From Nemertoderma westbladi (lineage: Eukaryota; Animalia; Xenacoelomorpha), in the NCBI GenBank assembly GCA_032718475.1, contig JAUCBJ010007955.1, positions 1-64,000 on the forward strand: a stretch of DNA of 64,000 nucleotides, written 5' to 3'. Position 1 is the first letter of the stretch. Each line of letters starts with the position of its first letter. Both the position numbers and the translations under genes were made by a program. Below, piece by piece: positions 61,213 through 64,000 of the stretch. The notes under the pieces were generated by a model, which was not told the DNA's origin, searched no databases, and saw only the letters and a program-made list of their open reading frames with translations.

Positions 61213-62599
61213 TGTTATAACAATATTATTACAACTACGTACTGTAAATTTACTTCTTGAATTTATTCAATTACAGTAAACTAATTATCTATTAATTTAT
61301 TATTAGTTAATTTAATTTGTATATTTGATTTGTTGTTATTAAATATTCCGGCTAAAACATTATCATTTGTCAATAGATATTGACCTTAGTGAAATATGAA
61401 TATGTAAAACATATAATATATTATCTAAGTAAATCCCATGCCGAAAGGAATATATTTGTGGGTAATTCTTCGTGCCCTTTATTGTGGATCGGAATATAGA
61501 GTTATGTCTAGTAAAATATTGGAATATTAAAGTATTATTTGTTTTAATAACGCTCATTGATATGATACAATATATTTGCCTAAATTATACTTAAATCAAT
61601 ATTCACTGAATAATCTACAAACACATAATAATCTATAAACCCATAACAACAAATCACTGGCACTACCAACTAATGAATGTTGTGTGCTGCCTTATATACT
61701 CATATCACTGGCACTACCAACTAATGTTGTGTACTGCCTTGTATACTCATACGTGTGGAAGGGATGAGATGAGATGATAATTAGTTACAATGTAGGAAAG
61801 CTGATTTCATGAGCCTTGATATTATCACTGTGTCACTGTGTTGACATTATATTGTGTTTCAGTCAACGTATGTCGTAACGAGTGACTAGATGCGGGATGA
61901 TATTGAGTTATTGGATTATAGAGATATGAAATGATAGAAAGGGATAATGTAACTTTATTTTTTTATTTACTTTAAATAACTTTATTCATTTATTACATTA
62001 TCATGTTATTTGATTTATTTGTTTTCTGAAATAGAGCGCACTATAAATATTTTAATGCTAATCGGGATTAATTTCTGCCACTAGGGCCGTCATCACAATT
62101 AGTTTTTAAAGTTACTTTGTAGATAATGTTACATGCTTATATAAAAATGCCTACCTACAGCTACAACCAGCAAGCAGTACACCCCAACACCAAAAAGTAT
62201 ACTGTGGTATACTGATACAGTACTGCAGTACATTGCACATCTTGACTGCTAGAGACGATTCCCTAACTATTAAATGGCAGTTATTTTTCGGTACCCATTT
62301 TTTTTTCCCCAATTTTTTAAAATCATTTTACCCATATTTTTTCAAATTATTTTTTTACCAATTTTATTGTTCTTTTTTTACCCATAAATATTGTGACATC
62401 CAGATTGTCAGAATGTCAACTGGCAGACTGGTGGAGAAAACCCGAGTTTAACATAACCGAGATAAAAAAAAAACTAATAGTTGACATCTTCAGTACATTT
62501 TACTGCAAATTAATATATAAATTAAATCAACAGACATTATAATTATAATGCCTTGAATCGTTTCCCAGATTGAATGGGTTGGATTTTAATTTGGCAGTC

Positions 62600-62940
62600 A
62601 CGTTAATGGAAAGGAACACCGGGTTACAGAGGCGAGTTTTTCCTAACCAAAACAATAAACAATCACCTTATAGTAATTGATGGAAAGGAGCAGGTTTATA
62701 GTAGTAATTGAGGGAAAGGAGCAGGTTATATCGATAGGCCTAGGCCTATCTAAGCAAAACAATTAACGATCACGTCACCAATTGAGGGAAAGGAGCAGGT
62801 TACAGAGGTAGTTTTTCTAACCAAAACAATAAGCGATAAATTTAAAAATTGAGGGATAGGAGCAGGTTACAGAGGCGAGTTTTCTAACCAAAACAATAAA
62901 CGACCAGTTTACCAATTGACGGAAAGGAGCACGTTAAATG
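62600..62940 (-). repeat. Diverged reverse copy of the 68-bp repeat from the 40808 element
   Basis: GAGGGAAAGGAGCAGGTTACAGAGGCG..TTTTCTAACCAAAACAATAAACGA is the reverse complement of the 41248 unit. Confidence 0.85.
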
Positions 62941-63330
62941 CACATGTAAAACATCTAACATCAAGTATTTATATTTTATTGGCCTGAAATACTGTTTGAG
63001 GCTAGATCCAAAGTGTTGTGCCGGTACTACCAATAAGTATTAAGTACAGTATTTATAGGCAACTGGGCAGAGTGAAAAACGGTAATATTTTAGGTTTAAA
63101 TTACTGTTTTATTACTATATTTCCCAATATATATTACTTATTTACTAACTTCTAATAAACCGGGACGAATTATAATACGATAAACTCTCCCTACCTCATA
63201 ATATTTATTAATATCTTCAAAACCCAACGTGATTAAGTAATCGCTCGTCTTCTTTATCCACAGTATCATTCCGCATTCATTGTAAGCACCGCCACGTAAT
63301 TAAGGATACTCATCAATGCATCGAATTATT

Positions 63331-63835
63331 CACTAGAGACGGGCCTAGCGGCCCATGAAGCAAGTCGTAGGAGACAGTACGAGTCAAGTAAAAGCTTTTT
63401 GTTCGGTCAGATAAATTAGCGTGAGCGCAGTCCCGTTGTACTAACAATTTTTATGTAAAATCTTTAAAAATCTTAAGTATATTCGGTGCAGACTGTCAAT
63501 AAGTCAACTAAATGTGATCAAAACGAGCAAAAGCACAGAATTCTAGTTTTGAGCTATATATTTCATCCATTATATTTTCACATCCGTTTTAAGGCTTTAA
63601 AGAAATTGCTTCAATCGTATCTATCAAGTTTATTCAATTTCATTAGATATAATCATAATTCAAAAATCTAAAATCTTTATGTACAAAATATTATTTTATT
63701 ACCTTTTTAGTGAAAAAAGTTAGATTAACTCGAGACGGGCCAAGCGGCCCGTGAAGCAAGTCGTAGGAGACAGTACGAGTCAAGTCAAAGCTTTTTGTTC
63801 TGTCTGATAATAAATTAGTGTGAGGGTAGTCCCGG
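63331..63835 (+). repeat. Two ~105-bp direct copies (63331-63440, 63728-63835) starting with the GACGGGCC.AGCGGCCC hairpin; related inverted end at ~5763-5787
   Basis: Shared GAGACGGGCC.AGCGGCCC.TGAAGCAAGTCGTAGGAGACAGTACGAGTCAAGT; likely the terminus of a non-autonomous element. Confidence 0.65.
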
Positions 63836-64000
63836 TGGTGTACGAGAAATTTTCTAGACAACTTCAAACTATAATTATTATGTTGTAATCATCTAATGAG
63901 TTATAAAAGCTATTGTGATTATAGAATATAGAGAGCAGTTAGCGAAATGATTATTTTATTCTATCGGATAGAGTAGTCCCCTACTCCCCGCCGATAGAAT

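Overview
AT-rich, repeat-dense metazoan (invertebrate-looking) genomic DNA, not prokaryotic. The only host gene I can support is a histamine-H3/muscarinic-like aminergic GPCR on the + strand. Two exons (7682-7899, 37245-37756) join in frame across a 29.3-kb intron. That intron holds a P-element-like transposase relic, a full-length intact RTE-clade LINE (13635-17162) and a young 18.6-kb BEL/Pao LTR retrotransposon (18101-36717, 5-bp TSD TTCAG) inserted in a 20-bp minisatellite. The rest of the window is satellites, a solo LTR, a MULE-like non-autonomous element and LINE relics. The BEL/Pao element is the candidate novel system. It has 1901-bp LTRs ending TATA...TATA rather than TG...CA. It has no tRNA-type PBS; the 11 nt flush with the 5' LTR are instead the exact complement of an 11-mer inside the LTR, which suggests self- or LTR-encoded priming. 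Each LTR carries a tRNA-derived Pol III box cassette. A second 1241-aa ORF has a DEDDy (WRN/RNase D-like) 3'-5' exonuclease fold plus zinc knuckles, and a 20-nt hairpin motif recurs 11 times through the internal region in different reading frames. All family assignments come from motif recognition by eye; no database search was run.
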